Part shown: piece after piece, positions 25,805 to 37,383 of the stretch | How positions within the stretch are numbered: position 1 is the stretch's first letter | How the letters are laid out: each line of letters begins with the position of its first letter | Assembly: GCA_965225945.1 (NCBI GenBank) | Contig: CBDDBZ010000024.1 | Coordinates: 1 to 64,000 of the forward strand | Reading direction: 5' to 3' | DNA from: Alphaproteobacteria bacterium | GTDB lineage: Bacteria; Pseudomonadota; Alphaproteobacteria; GCA-2731375 | Length of the DNA: 64,000 nt | Position numbers and translations under genes: made by a program | Notes under the pieces: generated by a model | Databases searched by the model: none | Told to the model about the DNA's origin: nothing | What the model saw: the letters and a program-made list of their open reading frames with translations, nothing else

Positions 25805-26665
25805 CTAGACGATCGCCGTGCCGCCCTTGATCTGGGTGCGATGCAGGCGCCGCCGGCTGGTGGTTGCGAAGGCGTCGCGCCGGTGCAGGACCCAGAGGTT
25901 CCGCCACATCACCACGTCGCCTTCCCGCCAGCGATGGCGCCAGGTGAAACGTTTCGCCGTCGCGTGATCCCAGAGCGCGTCGAGCAGCGCCTCGCTCTCC
26001 TCGAGTTCCAGGTCCGGCACATAGGCGAACGGACGGCGGCCGAGGAAGAGGGCCTCGCGCCCGCTCGGGCCATCGCGGCGGATCAGCGGGTGGCGGGCGC
26101 CGGGCGTTCGGCGAGGATCGGCCACCGCCGCATAGCCCTTGCGCAAGCTGCCGGCCGAGTTGCGCGATTCGTCGTGGATCGCGCGCCGTCCCTCGGCCTG
26201 GCGCCGAAGATCCTCCGGCAGGGCGGCGCAGGCGGCGATCATGTTGGCGAAGTAAGTGTCGCCCTGGCCCTCCGGCACCTCGTGGGCAATTAGGATCGCC
26301 GCCTCCGGCGGCGTCTCGCGATAGGTCATGTCGGCATGCCAGACCGCTTCGCCGTCGCCGAGCGCGCCCATCGCCCGGCCCGCGTCGTCCTCGAGGTTGG
26401 AGATCACGTTGATCTCCGGAAATTCCGGCAGGAAGTGGCGACCCTGGGGATTGACCGCCGGCAGCTCCAAGTCACCGAAGCGGCGGCTGAACGCGATCAG
26501 CCGCGCATCGTCGATTTGCTGGTCGCGGATCAGCAGAACCAGATGCTCGTTCCAGGCCGCCTCGATCTCAGCCGCCGCCGCATCGTCGATGGCGTGGCGG
26601 AGATCGATGCCGCGAAGCTCCGCGCCCAGCGCCCGGCCGGAAGGGATGATGTCAATTCCTGGCAT
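25805..26665 (-). CDS. TauD/TfdA family Fe(II)/2-oxoglutarate dioxygenase
   Basis: WHADMTY, HPLIR, HRWREGDVVMWRN..VLHRR. Confidence 0.9.
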   Translation of the reverse strand: MPGIDIIPSGRALGAELRGIDLRHAIDDAAAAEIEAAWNEHLVLLIRDQQIDDARLIAFSRRFGDLELPAVNPQGRHFLPEFPEINVISNLEDDAGRAMGALGDGEAVWHADMTYRETPPEAAILIAHEVPEGQGDTYFANMIAACAALPEDLRRQAEGRRAIHDESRNSAGSLRKGYAAVADPRRTPGARHPLIRRDGPSGREALFLGRRPFAYVPDLELEESEALLDALWDHATAKRFTWRHRWREGDVVMWRNLWVLHRRDAFATTSRRRLHRTQIKGGTAIV

Positions 26666-27773
26666 GGACCGTCCCCGCCCCCGCGACCACCGGGGTCAGC
26701 CCGACGTGGTGGGTTTCGAGACTATGGGCCTCGAGGCGCGCCGGGTCCATGACCGGACGCCAGCCGAGCGGCACGTGAAGGCGACCGTCCTCGAACGGCA
26801 GCGGGTCCGCCAGCAAGCGCGCTTCCGGCCTGAGCTTGCGGAAACCGTTGAACTCGCCCGTGTTGTGGAGCGCGCGCCTGGCGAGGCAGGCCTCCATCCA
26901 GCAGTTGATCTCGGCGCCGAGACCGTCGCCCAGCACCGCCCCCATCGCGTGCCCCCCTATCCGATGGAGCGCCGCCTCCAGGCGGGCGAGCGAGCCGAAG
27001 CGTTTCAGCTTGACCTTGCAGAGGCCGACGCCGGGGATCGTGGCGGCGCGGTCGATGTCGGCGGCTGAGCAGATCGGCTCGTCCAGCATCAACGGCACGG
27101 GCGAGACGGCGGCGACGGCGGCGTTGGCGTCCCAATCCTCGGCGGCGCAGGGTTGCTCGAACAATTCGACCCCTTCCGGATCCAGGGCTTCGGCGAAGGC
27201 GATGGCCTGGCTGCGCGAATAGCCGCGGTTGGCATCGATCCGTAGCGTCGCGCGGCCGGCGACGGCCGACTGGATCATGGCCAAGCGGTCGATGTCGGCC
27301 CGGAGCTTCTTCCCGACCTTGATCTTGAAAGTACGGAACCCCTCGGCGAGGCGCGTCTCCACCTCCCCCTGGATGGCCTCCGCCGTCTCGGCGTTGAAGG
27401 CGGTCAGTAGCGGCCAGGAGAAGGCTTCGCCCGGGCGCAGCACATCGGCCTCGCCCATCATCTCGATCGCGGTCCCGAGCACCGTGGCGGCGACGGGACT
27501 TTCCGCTTCCGCCGCCGCGACATGGGCCAGGGCCGCGTCCGCTGTGCGGCCCCGCACCGCCTCCGCCGTCTCGACCAGGAAAGCCCAGCCGCTCGCGCGC
27601 GTTTCACGGCCGGAGCCGGGCGAAATATGCTGCTCGCCCCAGCCGACCCTTCCATCGCCATCGCGGACGCGGGCGAGGTAGGGCTCGAAGCTCTCGAAGA
27701 CGTGGTAGGACAGGCGATAGGGCGTGGTGAGCGGCAGGCGAACCCGATAGAGCGTGATCTCCTCGATTCCCAT
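26652..27773 (-). CDS. mandelate racemase/muconate lactonizing enzyme family protein
   Basis: FKIKVG, RIDANRG, LFEQP, MLDE. Confidence 0.88.
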   Translation of the reverse strand: MGIEEITLYRVRLPLTTPYRLSYHVFESFEPYLARVRDGDGRVGWGEQHISPGSGRETRASGWAFLVETAEAVRGRTADAALAHVAAAEAESPVAATVLGTAIEMMGEADVLRPGEAFSWPLLTAFNAETAEAIQGEVETRLAEGFRTFKIKVGKKLRADIDRLAMIQSAVAGRATLRIDANRGYSRSQAIAFAEALDPEGVELFEQPCAAEDWDANAAVAAVSPVPLMLDEPICSAADIDRAATIPGVGLCKVKLKRFGSLARLEAALHRIGGHAMGAVLGDGLGAEINCWMEACLARRALHNTGEFNGFRKLRPEARLLADPLPFEDGRLHVPLGWRPVMDPARLEAHSLETHHVGLTPVVAGAGTVHARN

Positions 27774-27870
27774 GGCTCCCTCGCCTCCCGGTTCCGCGCG
27801 GCCGGCAACGCTATCGCGCGCTCGCGCCGGGCGGTAGGATCGCCCGCCACGCCGCCATCGGGGAGGCCGC

Positions 27871-28800
27871 ATGACCGAGGAGCCCCCGCGCCTCCCGCCC
27901 GACGGCACCGCGCGCGGTCACGGCGATGCCTTGAAGGGCATCGCCTGGATGGTCCTGACCGGCTTCTTCTTCGTCGCCGTCACCGGCCTCGTGCGCCATC
28001 TCGGCACCGACATGAACCCGGTGCAGGCGGCCTTCCTGCGCTATGCCTTCGGCTTTCTGTTCCTGGCGCCGAGTTTGCTCCGGGTCCTGCGCCGCCCGCC
28101 GCCCGGGCGCCGCCTGGCGCTGCATGCCTGTCGCGGCGTCATGCACGGGATCGGCGTCATGCTCTGGTTCTTCGCCATGACCCGCCTCCCGATCGCCCAG
28201 GTCACCGCGCTCGGCTTCACCGCGCCGATCTTCGTCACCATCGGCGCGGCGCTGTTTTTGGGGGAGCGGTTTCGCCTCCGCCGGCTGCTCGCGGTGCTGG
28301 TCGGCTTCGCCGGCATGGTGGTGATCCTCAGGCCCGGCCTCGTCGCCGTCGACGTGGGCGCGCTGGCCCAGATCGCCGCGGCCCCCCTCTTCGCCGCCTC
28401 GATCCTGATCGCCAAGCGGATGACGCTGGTCGACGACAACGCCACCATCGTCGCCCTGATGGCGCTCGTCGTGACCTTCACCCTGCTGGGCCCGGCGCTC
28501 TATGTCTGGGAGCCGCCGACGCTTCCGCAACTGGGTCTCCTGCTGGCGACGGCGCTGTTCGCCACGCTGGGCCACATGACCATGATGCAGGCGATCCGGG
28601 TGACCGAGGTGGCGGTGACGCAGCCGATCACCTTCCTGCAATTGATCTGGGCGACGGTGCTGGGCATTCTGCTGTTCGACGAGGAGCCGGACCTCGCCAC
28701 GGGAATCGGCGGCGCCGTCATCGTCGCCAGCGCGACCTACATCGCGCACCGCGAAAGCCGGCTCCGGCGCTCGGCGAGAGCGGGGAGGACGGGCGCTTGA
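27871..28800 (+). CDS. EamA/DMT family transporter
   Basis: about 10 TM helices, [14 protein letters not shown]. Confidence 0.88.
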   Translation: MTEEPPRLPPDGTARGHGDALKGIAWMVLTGFFFVAVTGLVRHLGTDMNPVQAAFLRYAFGFLFLAPSLLRVLRRPPPGRRLALHACRGVMHGIGVMLWFFAMTRLPIAQVTALGFTAPIFVTIGAALFLGERFRLRRLLAVLVGFAGMVVILRPGLVAVDVGALAQIAAAPLFAASILIAKRMTLVDDNATIVALMALVVTFTLLGPALYVWEPPTLPQLGLLLATALFATLGHMTMMQAIRVTEVAVTQPITFLQLIWATVLGILLFDEEPDLATGIGGAVIVASATYIAHRESRLRRSARAGRTGA

Positions 28801-29258
28801 GGGTTCTGCTGCAACGGGTGCGCGAGGCCCGGGTCGAGATCGCCGGCGAGGTGGTGGGCGCGATTCCGCGAGGGCTGGTGATCCTCTATTGCGCCGAGCG
28901 AAGCGACGGCGCGGACGAGGTGGCGGCGGCGCGCGGCCGGCGCATCGCCCAGAAGGTCGCCAAGCTCCGGATCTTCGCCGACGAGGCGGGCAAGATGAAC
29001 AAGTCCGTCCTCGATATCGGCGGGGCCGCGCTGGTGGTGAGTCAGTTCACGCTCGCCGCCGACCTGAGCCGGGGAAACCGCCCCGGCTTCTCCCGCGCCG
29101 CGCCGCCGGAGGTCGCCGAGGCCCTCTACCAGGCGTTTTGCCGCGACCTCGCGGCCGAGGGTGTGGCCATCGAGACCGGCCGCTTCGGCGCCGAGATGGC
29201 GGTGCATCTGGTGAACGACGGCCCGGTGACGATCTGGATCGACGACGAGAGTTTCTAG
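28797..29258 (+). CDS. dtd: D-aminoacyl-tRNA deacylase
   Basis: [26 protein letters not shown]; TTG start overlaps the upstream stop. Confidence 0.93.
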   Translation: MRVLLQRVREARVEIAGEVVGAIPRGLVILYCAERSDGADEVAAARGRRIAQKVAKLRIFADEAGKMNKSVLDIGGAALVVSQFTLAADLSRGNRPGFSRAAPPEVAEALYQAFCRDLAAEGVAIETGRFGAEMAVHLVNDGPVTIWIDDESF

Positions 29259-29262
29259 CGCG

Positions 29263-29327
29263 GCAAGATGCAAGACTTGGCCTCTAGCCTTCGAGAAGAG
29301 AGCATGCAAGAAGCAAGATCTGACCCC
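29263..29327 (-). repeat. two GGGGTCAG-TCTTGC-type REP-like motifs
   Basis: minus strand reads GGGGTCAGATCTTGCTTCTTGCA and GAGGCCAAGTCTTGCATCTTGCC; related to motifs near 32023 and 34297-34341. Confidence 0.5.
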
Positions 29328-29707
29328 TTTGTGTCATGATCTCCGTCATGGAACTTTCCTCCTTGTCCATTGCTCAACGGATCTGTAGCGGGGCTGCCTT
29401 CCCGAAGGAAAGCAACCCCGCTTGAGGCAAGGTCCATGACATCATCGCGAGGTGCTGCGCTCCGTGGCGATCCAGGCCGTCTCGATGCCGCGCCAATGCC
29501 TCGATGACTTCGCTCAAATCCCTGGATCGCCACGCTTCGCTCGCGATGACGTCCGTCTTGGCGGACAGGTCCGTTGATGGGCTCACTGGCATAATTTCCA
29601 TGCGTTTGTTCGTTGCGCATCTAAACGACCGGGCAAATTGGCGTCCCATGTCAACCGTGGACACGATTTTTCCGGCCGCCTTGCGACTCAGGGGCGGATG
29701 ACCGGCG

Positions 29708-30946
29708 ATGCGGGAACTTCTGGGAACCAAAGTCCGCGTCGCCCTGCCGGCGATGCTGGCAATCCAGTCTTTCGGCACGATGTGCAGCTTCGCCGGCGCG
29801 GTCGTGGCGGTGCGGGCTTCCGCCGATTTCGGCGTGAAGTCGACGAACATCGGCATTTACACGGCTGTCCTCTACATCGTCGGCATGCTGTCGGGTCTAT
29901 GTGCGGGCGGCATGCTTGCCCGTTACGGCGCCATCCGGACCTGCCAGGTCTCCTTGTTGGCCGCCGCTCTCGGCCTCGCGTTGGCCGGTACCGCCTCCGC
30001 GTGGCCGGTAGCGGTCGTCGCGGCCGCGCTGATCGGCATCGGAATGGGGCCGCTCAATCCGGCCGGTTCGCGAATCCTGGCCAGGTATTCTCCGCCGCGC
30101 TGGCAGCCTTTCGTCTTCTCGGTCAAGCAAACCGGGACACCGATGGGCGGCATGCTGGCGGGGCTCCTGCTGCCGCCGTTGATGGTGCTCTACGATTGGC
30201 GCATCGCCGTCGTCGCCATTTCCGCCATCCCGCTTCTCACCCTTCTCGGCCTTCAACTCGTTCGAGACGAGCTGGACGACGATCGGATGCCCTCGTCCCG
30301 CATCAGCCTCGCCGGCATCACGGATTCGCTGCGCGTGATCGTCACGAGCAAGCCACTGGCCACGCTCGCGGCGGCGGGCTATCTCTACACCTTCGCGCAG
30401 ATGGCCATTCTGGCTTTCACGGTGATCTATCTGGTGGAAGCGAACGGACTTTCGGCCGAATTCGCCGGCGGCATCTTCGCGATAATCCACGGCTCCGCCA
30501 TTCCGGCGCGCATCATCTGGGGGGGCGTCGCGGGCCGCTTCCTCGGCAGTTGGGTCCTGCTCGGCCTGATCGGCCTCATGATGTCGGGCAGCATCGTCGC
30601 CATGAGTTTCTTCACCCCGGCTTGGCCGTTTTGGCTCACCGCTTTGGTGGCCGTCTTGCTGGGCGCCAGCACCAATGGGGTGCTCGGCCTCCTGCTGTCC
30701 GAGTTTGCCCGGCTCGCGCCGCCGGGCAAGGTGGGCGAAGCCACGGGCGGCGGTCAGTTCTTTCTGTTCTTCGGGATCGTCACCGGCCCGCCCATCTTCG
30801 GTGCCATCGTCGAGTTCGGCGGCGGTTACGCCAATGCGTTTTATCTCATCGCCGCCCTGGCGCTCGCCGCCGGCGTCTACCTCCTGCTCACCGTCCGGCA
30901 CGGCCGGCTATCCCATAGCGGCTTCATCCGCCGGCCGGATCGCTGA
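29708..30946 (+). CDS. MFS transporter
   Basis: about 12 TM helices, FSVKQTGTPMGG. Confidence 0.88.
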   Translation: MRELLGTKVRVALPAMLAIQSFGTMCSFAGAVVAVRASADFGVKSTNIGIYTAVLYIVGMLSGLCAGGMLARYGAIRTCQVSLLAAALGLALAGTASAWPVAVVAAALIGIGMGPLNPAGSRILARYSPPRWQPFVFSVKQTGTPMGGMLAGLLLPPLMVLYDWRIAVVAISAIPLLTLLGLQLVRDELDDDRMPSSRISLAGITDSLRVIVTSKPLATLAAAGYLYTFAQMAILAFTVIYLVEANGLSAEFAGGIFAIIHGSAIPARIIWGGVAGRFLGSWVLLGLIGLMMSGSIVAMSFFTPAWPFWLTALVAVLLGASTNGVLGLLLSEFARLAPPGKVGEATGGGQFFLFFGIVTGPPIFGAIVEFGGGYANAFYLIAALALAAGVYLLLTVRHGRLSHSGFIRRPDR

Positions 30947-30954
30947 ACGGGAAT

Positions 30955-32126
30955 GGGGTCAGGCACCTTTTCTCAAATGATATTCGGCCGCGTCAACTTC
31001 TGGTCCTCACTCCGTTGCTTCGATGGACAATGGGGAATGAATGAGCCGCCCACCAAGAGGCGATCGGATCTTGTTCACAATGGTTTCGATTCGGTACTTT
31101 GAGTTCCGCTCGACAAATCGTTGAACCCACGGGAGGCGATCTCGAAAGAACACTTGGCTTTCCGCACACCTCACCACCAGCCTGTTGATCTTTATGACCT
31201 CCGAACGTCGGGGCTCCTGAGCGCGGTATCGTGCTGGATGGAAGTGGAAATCAGCCTCCGGTCGGCGGTCGAAATCGGGCCGGATCATCACTGCGATATC
31301 GGGTGCGAGCGGCACAATTCGGTTGAAGACCCTATGATCTTCTGACAACTCAATTGCAATTGGGTAATCGCTTGTAAAGAACGGACTCGCCGCATCCCGT
31401 TTTATAATATATCCCAGTCGAAATTTGCAAAGCTTATGGTTCTCTCAATGAACCCGCTGATGCCCATCGCCTGCGGGAACTTGCCATCGATGTCTATATG
31501 CACCTTTCCCTCATGGAGTAGGTCGCTTAGCGACCCGCCACCCAGGACTTCAGGGGAAGGCGGAAGCATCTGATGTTTGTCCATCATCTCCGCCGTCACT
31601 TCGACTGTAGCCCGTAATGTGCTACTATGAAGGCGCATCCCCCCGGGGGAGCAGGACATCACATACACTATGAATCCGGCTATAGTAGCCACACTATCGG
31701 CATCGATTTCCCCAGACCGAAGCGCTTCCACAGATCGATTGTAGTTTGGCTCAATATACTTGAGCATCTCTTCGATGATGCGAGGGTGTTCGATGTAATT
31801 GTTTGTGCTTCCTTGCTTAACCCGGCAAACGTCCTTCGAGCCACATGGGAAGTACATCAAATCCCTCTTTCGAATCGCGTGCATCTTCCTTCCGTCCATT
31901 TCTGGCGAGTAGAAATTGCGAAGGTGGACTTGCGGTATGTAATGATCCAGCACCACGTGACTCGATCCCTGGTTCGGTTATTGGAGGTACCCCGGTCCTG
32001 AACCAAAGATACTCCGGGATTCGGGGTCGCGTCCTGCATCTTGGATGGGGTTGCGGCGTCGGGGGGCCCGATCTCGAAGTATCGAATTCTTGCCCCGATC
32101 CCGAAAAAGGGGTCAGGCACCTTTTC
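30955..32126 (+). repeat. 18-bp exact direct repeats GGGGTCAGGCACCTTTTC flanking a lower-GC segment
   Basis: copies at 30955-30972 and 32109-32126. Confidence 0.85.
31007..31956 (-). pseudogene. DUF4238 family protein, frameshifted
   Basis: DHYIPQVHLRNF start; FFTSDYP motif reached only after a 1-nt shift near 31400; lower GC. Confidence 0.75.
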
Positions 32127-32339
32127 CATGGGGGCGAAGTCGCCGCCGGGGCGACGGCGTGAGGAGGCGAAGGCCGGACTTCCGTTCCCTACCTCTCCGC
32201 CGGATTGCCGCTCCTGGCCCGGTCCTGGAGGCGCCGAGCCCGGCTTCCCGAGCACGACGCGCCCGGCGCCCTCGACGCGGTGGTGGTGCGGCGGGCGGCG
32301 CGAGGGTGAAACGCGAAACCCCGGTCGCCCGGGCCGGGA

Positions 32340-32777
32340 CTACATGCGCTCGGTGACGTCGGCCCAGCGCACCGAGAAGTTGGCCTTGTCCTTCGACGGG
32401 TCCCAGTCCATTCGCCAGTGTTTGAGGACATCCCTACCGAGAAGCGACTTGACGCCATCGAGATCGGGGTTCGGCGGCAAGATGTCGATTGTGATGGCGT
32501 AGTGCTACAGCCGGCGGCGCGTCACATCCTTGAACGTGAGCGTGGCCGGTTCCAGGAACGTCGGCGTCGTGCCGCCGACACCCGTGGCAAAGTCGGAGCA
32601 TGGCAACTGGCTGTAGTCCAGCCCGATGTTCTGGCCGTCGGACGGCATCAGTGTCGTCGAATCGGCGCCGGTGTCCACCAAGAACGAGATCTGGCCGAAC
32701 AGTTGCTGGCTTGCCGGATAGAGCACGCCTTCGAGATAGGGCGCTCCCGATCTATCGCCGATGCGCCCGGTGATCAC
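32340..32777 (-). pseudogene. retropepsin-like aspartyl protease with in-frame TAG
   Basis: FLVDTGADST; SLLGRDVL lies after the TAG at 32505-32507 in the same frame. Confidence 0.8.
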
Positions 32778-32780
32778 GTT

Positions 32781-33071
32781 TTACAGAATCAAGGTTCGCG
32801 GCTTGCGCTCGATGAGGTGGACGATCACCTTGGAGCGCGGGATGCCGAGTCTGTCGACTTCGGCGAGAAGGTCGTCGAGGTTTTCGGCGGAGGCCTGGAC
32901 GCCGGCCCTCGCCACGGCGATCCACTTGTCCGGGTACTCGTCGATGAAGCGCGGCTGCTCGCTCGAAAGCAGGCTCGCGGCCTCGCTGAACTCCGCCAGT
33001 GAGGCGGCGACTTCCGCGGCGGTCTCTTTCCTGTTGTTGATCATGTTCATGACAGCGGCTTTGCCGGTCAT
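32781..33071 (-). CDS. DUF5678-like small protein, upstream partner of the retropepsin
   Basis: EYPDKWIAV..GVQASA pattern; ends TLIL just before the protease start. Confidence 0.65.
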   Translation of the reverse strand: MTGKAAVMNMINNRKETAAEVAASLAEFSEAASLLSSEQPRFIDEYPDKWIAVARAGVQASAENLDDLLAEVDRLGIPRSKVIVHLIERKPRTLIL

Positions 33072-33112
33072 GTCGATCTCCCGTGTGTCTCATCCCCGTG
33101 CTCAAAATTGTA

Positions 33113-34142
33113 CCTGATTACGCACTTTACTCAGCCGGATTGATGTGGTACAAATCGTGAACATTTGGTGGTTTTACAGGAGATTCACGATGCCACGCAA
33201 CAAGGTTCAGTTCCAGAAGGGGCTCAGCGAGCCGCGTTTTCGTGAGTTGTACGGTAGCGAGGAGCAGTGTCGCGAGGCCCTGTTCCGCTGGCGCTGGCCG
33301 GAGGGGTTCGCCTGCCCCCGATGTGGCGCCACGCGCCATTGCGAGATCGCCGGGCGAAAACTCTACCAATGCGCCGCCTGCCGTCATCAAGTCTCGCTGA
33401 CCGCCGGCACGCTCTTCCACGCGACCAAGCTGGCGCTGACCCTGTGGTTCTCGGCGATCTATCACATGACCCAATCGAAGAAAGGGATCTCCTCCCTCGA
33501 ACTCGGCCGGCGGCTCGGCGTCACCCAGACCACGGCCTGGAAGATCAAGCAGAAACTGATGCAGTCCATGCTCGAGCGCGATGCCAAATTGCCGCTCACC
33601 GGGCGGGTGGAGATGGACGATGCCTACCTCGGCGGCCGGCGTTCCGGGGCCAAGCGCGGCCGGGGCGCGCCGGGCAAGACACCGTTCGTCGCCGCCGTCC
33701 AGACCACGGCGGAGGGCCAGCCCGTGCGCATCAAGCTCCGCCGCGTCAAGGGCTTCCGCAAGAGCGAGATCGCCAAGATGGCCAAGCGCGACCTGAGCCC
33801 TGGGGCGACCGTTTTCAGCGACGGGCTCAACTGCTTCACCGCCGTCACCACGCGGGGCTGTGCGCATCATCCGATATCCACCGGCTCCGGACCCGGGGCC
33901 GTCGCCGTGCCCGCCTTCAAATGGGTCAACACGACCCTCGGCAACCTCAAAAACACCCTGCGCGGTACCTGCCATGCGATCCGACCCAAGCATGTGCCGC
34001 GCTACCTGGCGGCGTTCCAGTACCGATACAACCGCCGCTACCGGCTCGCCGACATGATCGAAGCCCTCGGCCGCGATGCCCTGCGCACGCCGCCCATGCC
34101 ATATCGGCTCCTGAAGTTGGCTGAGGTTAGTGCGTAATCAGG
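33113..34142 (+). mobile_element. IS1595 family insertion sequence (CCTGATT ends)
   Basis: 24-bp imperfect TIR CCTGATTACGCACTnnnCTCAGCC; TSD AAATTGTA at 33105-33112 and 34143-34150. Confidence 0.95.
33190..34137 (+). CDS. IS1595 family transposase
   Basis: Zn ribbon CPRCG..CAAC, VEMDDAYLGG, FSDG, YRYNRR. Confidence 0.95.
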   Translation: MPRNKVQFQKGLSEPRFRELYGSEEQCREALFRWRWPEGFACPRCGATRHCEIAGRKLYQCAACRHQVSLTAGTLFHATKLALTLWFSAIYHMTQSKKGISSLELGRRLGVTQTTAWKIKQKLMQSMLERDAKLPLTGRVEMDDAYLGGRRSGAKRGRGAPGKTPFVAAVQTTAEGQPVRIKLRRVKGFRKSEIAKMAKRDLSPGATVFSDGLNCFTAVTTRGCAHHPISTGSGPGAVAVPAFKWVNTTLGNLKNTLRGTCHAIRPKHVPRYLAAFQYRYNRRYRLADMIEALGRDALRTPPMPYRLLKLAEVSA

Positions 34143-34932
34143 AAATTGTAACACGGGGCGCAAGGGGGCAAGCGAGGCTGATCGTCGCGTGTGACGAGCT
34201 AGTGACGGTGGTCACTCGATCCCAGGCTCGGCGGGCTCCGCCGGCATCCCGGACCTTCCGCCACTCGGCGACGCGCGGGTTCGGGGTCGCGGGTTCGGGG
34301 TCGCGTCTTGCGGGGTTCGGGGTCGCGTCTTGCATCTTGCATGGGGTTGCGGCGTCGGGGGAGCCGGTCTCGAAGTGTCGAATGCTCGCCCCGATCCCGA
34401 ACCACGCCATCGCCCACACCCCGCCGTCGAGCCATGGCGGCGAAACCGCCCGCGCTCGAAGGGCGTGGAACGACGCCATGGTGACGTCGGGACGATCCGC
34501 GGCCCTTCGCCCCCTCGCGCCCTCCACAGCGACCAAAACTCGTCATTTCGGGCCGATTCGGCCTCATTCGTGACGGTTTTTGATGCCCAAATGAGCGCCT
34601 TTTGAACCCCCCGGGCGATGTGCCTCCGGACGTATATTTGACATAATCCGAGACCGGCGCAGCCGTCCCGAGGGCCCGCTCGGCGGCGGGCGGCGGGGCC
34701 CGGCGGGGCGCCCGGGCATCGTGGCGGACGCAGGGCGGGGGCCGGAAACCCCCATCGATTCAATCTCTTCCGCTCCCGCCACCGGCGCCTTGCGGCGCCT
34801 CGCGCGGCACGCCATATAGGAGACATGAGCCACACGCATCCGACGCGTTCGGCGATAGACGTTCGCGCCGATCCCCGGCCGGGCGGCGGGGCCGGTTCGC
34901 GCCGGTTTTCGCGCCGGCGTGGTGAAAAACCA

Positions 34933-35019
34933 TCATTCCTCGTCGCGCGGGCCGGGCGTGGGGTCCGGGAACTCGCGAAGCTCGAGCTCGCGATCACCGG
35001 TGAAGACGACACCTCTCAT
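34933..35019 (-). pseudogene. 5' remnant of a zinc-binding dehydrogenase
   Basis: GAGGAGG RBS then MRGVVFTGDRELELREFPDPTPGPRDEE*, truncated after 28 codons. Confidence 0.7.
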
Positions 35020-35064
35020 CGATTCCTCCTCGTAAATCGGCGGACCGCCTCGCCATGCTCGCCG

Positions 35065-36085
35065 TCAGCCCACCGACTCCTTCGCCTGTTTCGCCGCCTC
35101 GGCCGCCGGCGCGCCGGAGATCACCGGCAGGCCGCGCTCGCGGTAAGGGGTACGGCCGAAGAAGGCGCGGTAGCACTTGGTGAAGTGGGAGGCCGAGACG
35201 AAACCGCAGGCGAGCGCCACGTTCATCACCGACATCGTGGTCTGCAACAGCAACAGCCGCGCCCGGTGCAGCCTCAGCTCGAGATAATAGCGGGCGGGCG
35301 AGCGGTTGAGATACTTGCGGAACAGCCGCTCGAGCCGGCGGGTCGAGAGGCCGGCCTGGCGGGCCAGCGCGGTGCGGCTCAACGGCTCTTCCAGGTGCTG
35401 CTCCATCATCTCGATGATCACGAGCAGCTTCGGGTGGCGGACGCCCAGCCGGCCCGGGAGCGAGAGCCGCTGGTGTTCGCCCGGCGGGCGGATCCGCTCG
35501 TGAATCATCTGCTCGGCGATGTCGCCGGCCAGCTCCTGGCCGTGCTCGCCGGCGATCAGGTCCAGCATCATGTCGATCGAGGCGGTGCCGCCGGCACTGG
35601 TCATCCGGTTGCGGTCGAGCTCGAAGAGCTGCGCCGTCACCATGATATCGGGAAATTCCTCGGTGAAGGAGGCCAGGTTTTCCCAGTGGATGGTACAGCG
35701 GTAGCCGTCCAGCAGGCCGGCCCTGGCCAGCACGTGGGTGCCGGTGCAGATCGCGCCGACGGCGACGCCCGTGCGATCCATCCGCCTGAGCCAGGAGAGC
35801 GGCGCGGAAGCGGCGAAACGATGGATGTCGATGCCGCCGCACACGATCACACCCGACAGCCGTCCGGCCTCCTGGATCGCCACGTCCGCATGTACCGTGA
35901 CGCCGTTGGAGCAACGGACCGGGGCGCCGTCGAGGGAGAGGATTTCCCATTCGTAGAGGCCCCGGCCGCTCAGCCGGTTGGCGATGCGCAACGGCTCGAT
36001 GGCGTTGGTGAAGGCGGCCATCGAGAAGTTGGGCACCAACAGGAAGCCGACGCGGTGCGGAATGTTCCCGGAGAATCGGAATCAC
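35065..36085 (-). CDS. GlxA family AraC regulator (DJ-1 domain), start possibly frameshifted
   Basis: VGFLLVPNFSMAAF, GAICTG, TIHWEN, ACGFVSASHF; upstream in-frame TGA near 36082 with GTG one base out of frame. Confidence 0.85.
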
Positions 36086-36183
36086 AATCGCCTGGCCCCG
36101 CCCGCTCCGCGCTGGCCCCGGACCGTCGGCGCGCGCTACCATCCGCCTCCAAGCAGAAAGTCCGGTCGAGGGGAGCGGCGGCA

Positions 36184-37383
36184 ATGGACCTGGGATTCAA
36201 GCCCGAGGAATTGGCCTTTCGCGACGAGGTGCGCGACTTCCTCCGGAACCATCTGCCCGACGACATTCGCGAGGCGACGGTGCGGAGCCCGTCCTACGTC
36301 GACAAGGAGATGATGGTCCGCTGGCAGCGCATCCTCGACGATCGCGGCTGGATCGCGCCGGCCTGGCCCGAGGAACACGGCGGCCCCGGCTGGAACCTCG
36401 TCCAGCGCTATATCTACGACGAGGAATATCAGGCCGCCGATGCCCCGCGTGTCAGCCCCTTCGGCATCACCATGGTGGGCCCGGTGATCTACACCTTCGG
36501 CGACGCAGGCCAGCAGGCCCACTACCTGCCTCGCATCCTGGCAAGCGAGGATTTCTGGTGTCAGGGCTATTCGGAGCGCGGCGCCGGCTCCGACCTCGCC
36601 TCGCTGCAAACCCGAGGCGTTCGGGACGGCGACGACTACGTGGTGAACGGTCACAAGATCTGGACCTCGCATGCCCACCACGCCGATATGATGTTCTGCC
36701 TCGTGCGCACGGACAGCGAGGTCAAGGCGCAAGCCGGCATCAGCTTCCTGCTGATCGACATGGCGAGCCCGGGTATCACGGTGCGCCCGATCGTCTCCAT
36801 CGACAAGGCCCACTATCTGAACGAGGTCTTCCTCGACGACGTCCGTGTCCCCGCCGCCAACCGCGTCGGCGAGGAGAACAAGGGCTGGACCTACGCCAAG
36901 TTCCTGCTCGGCAACGAGCGGACGGGAATTGCCGGAGTCGCCAAGTCGAAGCGCAAGCTGGAGCGGCTGCGCGCGATCGCCGCGCGCGAATGCGACGAAG
37001 GCGCGGCGCTGATCGAGGAGGCGGCCTTCGCCCGCCGCCTGGCCGATATCGAGGCGCGATTGACGGCGCTGGAGTTCACCAGCCTCCGCCTGCTGGCCCG
37101 CGACCGCGACGGCGCGGGCTCGGGCGCCGAGGCCTCGATGCTGAAGATCCGGGGCACCGAAATCGAGCAGGACCTGAACGAGGCGGTGATCCAGGCGATA
37201 GCCTTATACGCCGCGCCCTACCCGAGCGAGCCGCCCCGGCCGGAGCGGAACGAGCCGGAAATCGGCCCCGAGCACGCGGCCGGCAAGATGTCGGAACACT
37301 TGCTGCGCCGCGCCGCTTCCATCTACGGCGGCAGCAACGAGATCCAGCGCGGGATCATCGCCAAGTTGGTGCTGGGGCTCTGA
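36184..37383 (+). CDS. acyl-CoA dehydrogenase (PimC-like)
   Basis: WCQGYSE.GAGSDLASL, NGHKIWTS, IYGGSNEIQR. Confidence 0.92.
   Translation: MDLGFKPEELAFRDEVRDFLRNHLPDDIREATVRSPSYVDKEMMVRWQRILDDRGWIAPAWPEEHGGPGWNLVQRYIYDEEYQAADAPRVSPFGITMVGPVIYTFGDAGQQAHYLPRILASEDFWCQGYSERGAGSDLASLQTRGVRDGDDYVVNGHKIWTSHAHHADMMFCLVRTDSEVKAQAGISFLLIDMASPGITVRPIVSIDKAHYLNEVFLDDVRVPAANRVGEENKGWTYAKFLLGNERTGIAGVAKSKRKLERLRAIAARECDEGAALIEEAAFARRLADIEARLTALEFTSLRLLARDRDGAGSGAEASMLKIRGTEIEQDLNEAVIQAIALYAAPYPSEPPRPERNEPEIGPEHAAGKMSEHLLRRAASIYGGSNEIQRGIIAKLVLGL

Larger units (their letters stand above)
31958..34400 (+). repeat. imperfect 150-190 bp direct repeat pair (about 31958-32105 and 34213-34400)
   Basis: shared ttcggggtcgcgtc.tgcatcttg.atggggttgcggcgtcggggg...cccgatcccgaa; the second copy has internal 14-bp tandem units. 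Confidence 0.8.

Noticed and set aside
29330-29700. 121-aa and 160-aa minus-strand ORFs between dtd and the MFS gene
   Set aside because: No recognisable family; possibly degraded sequence.
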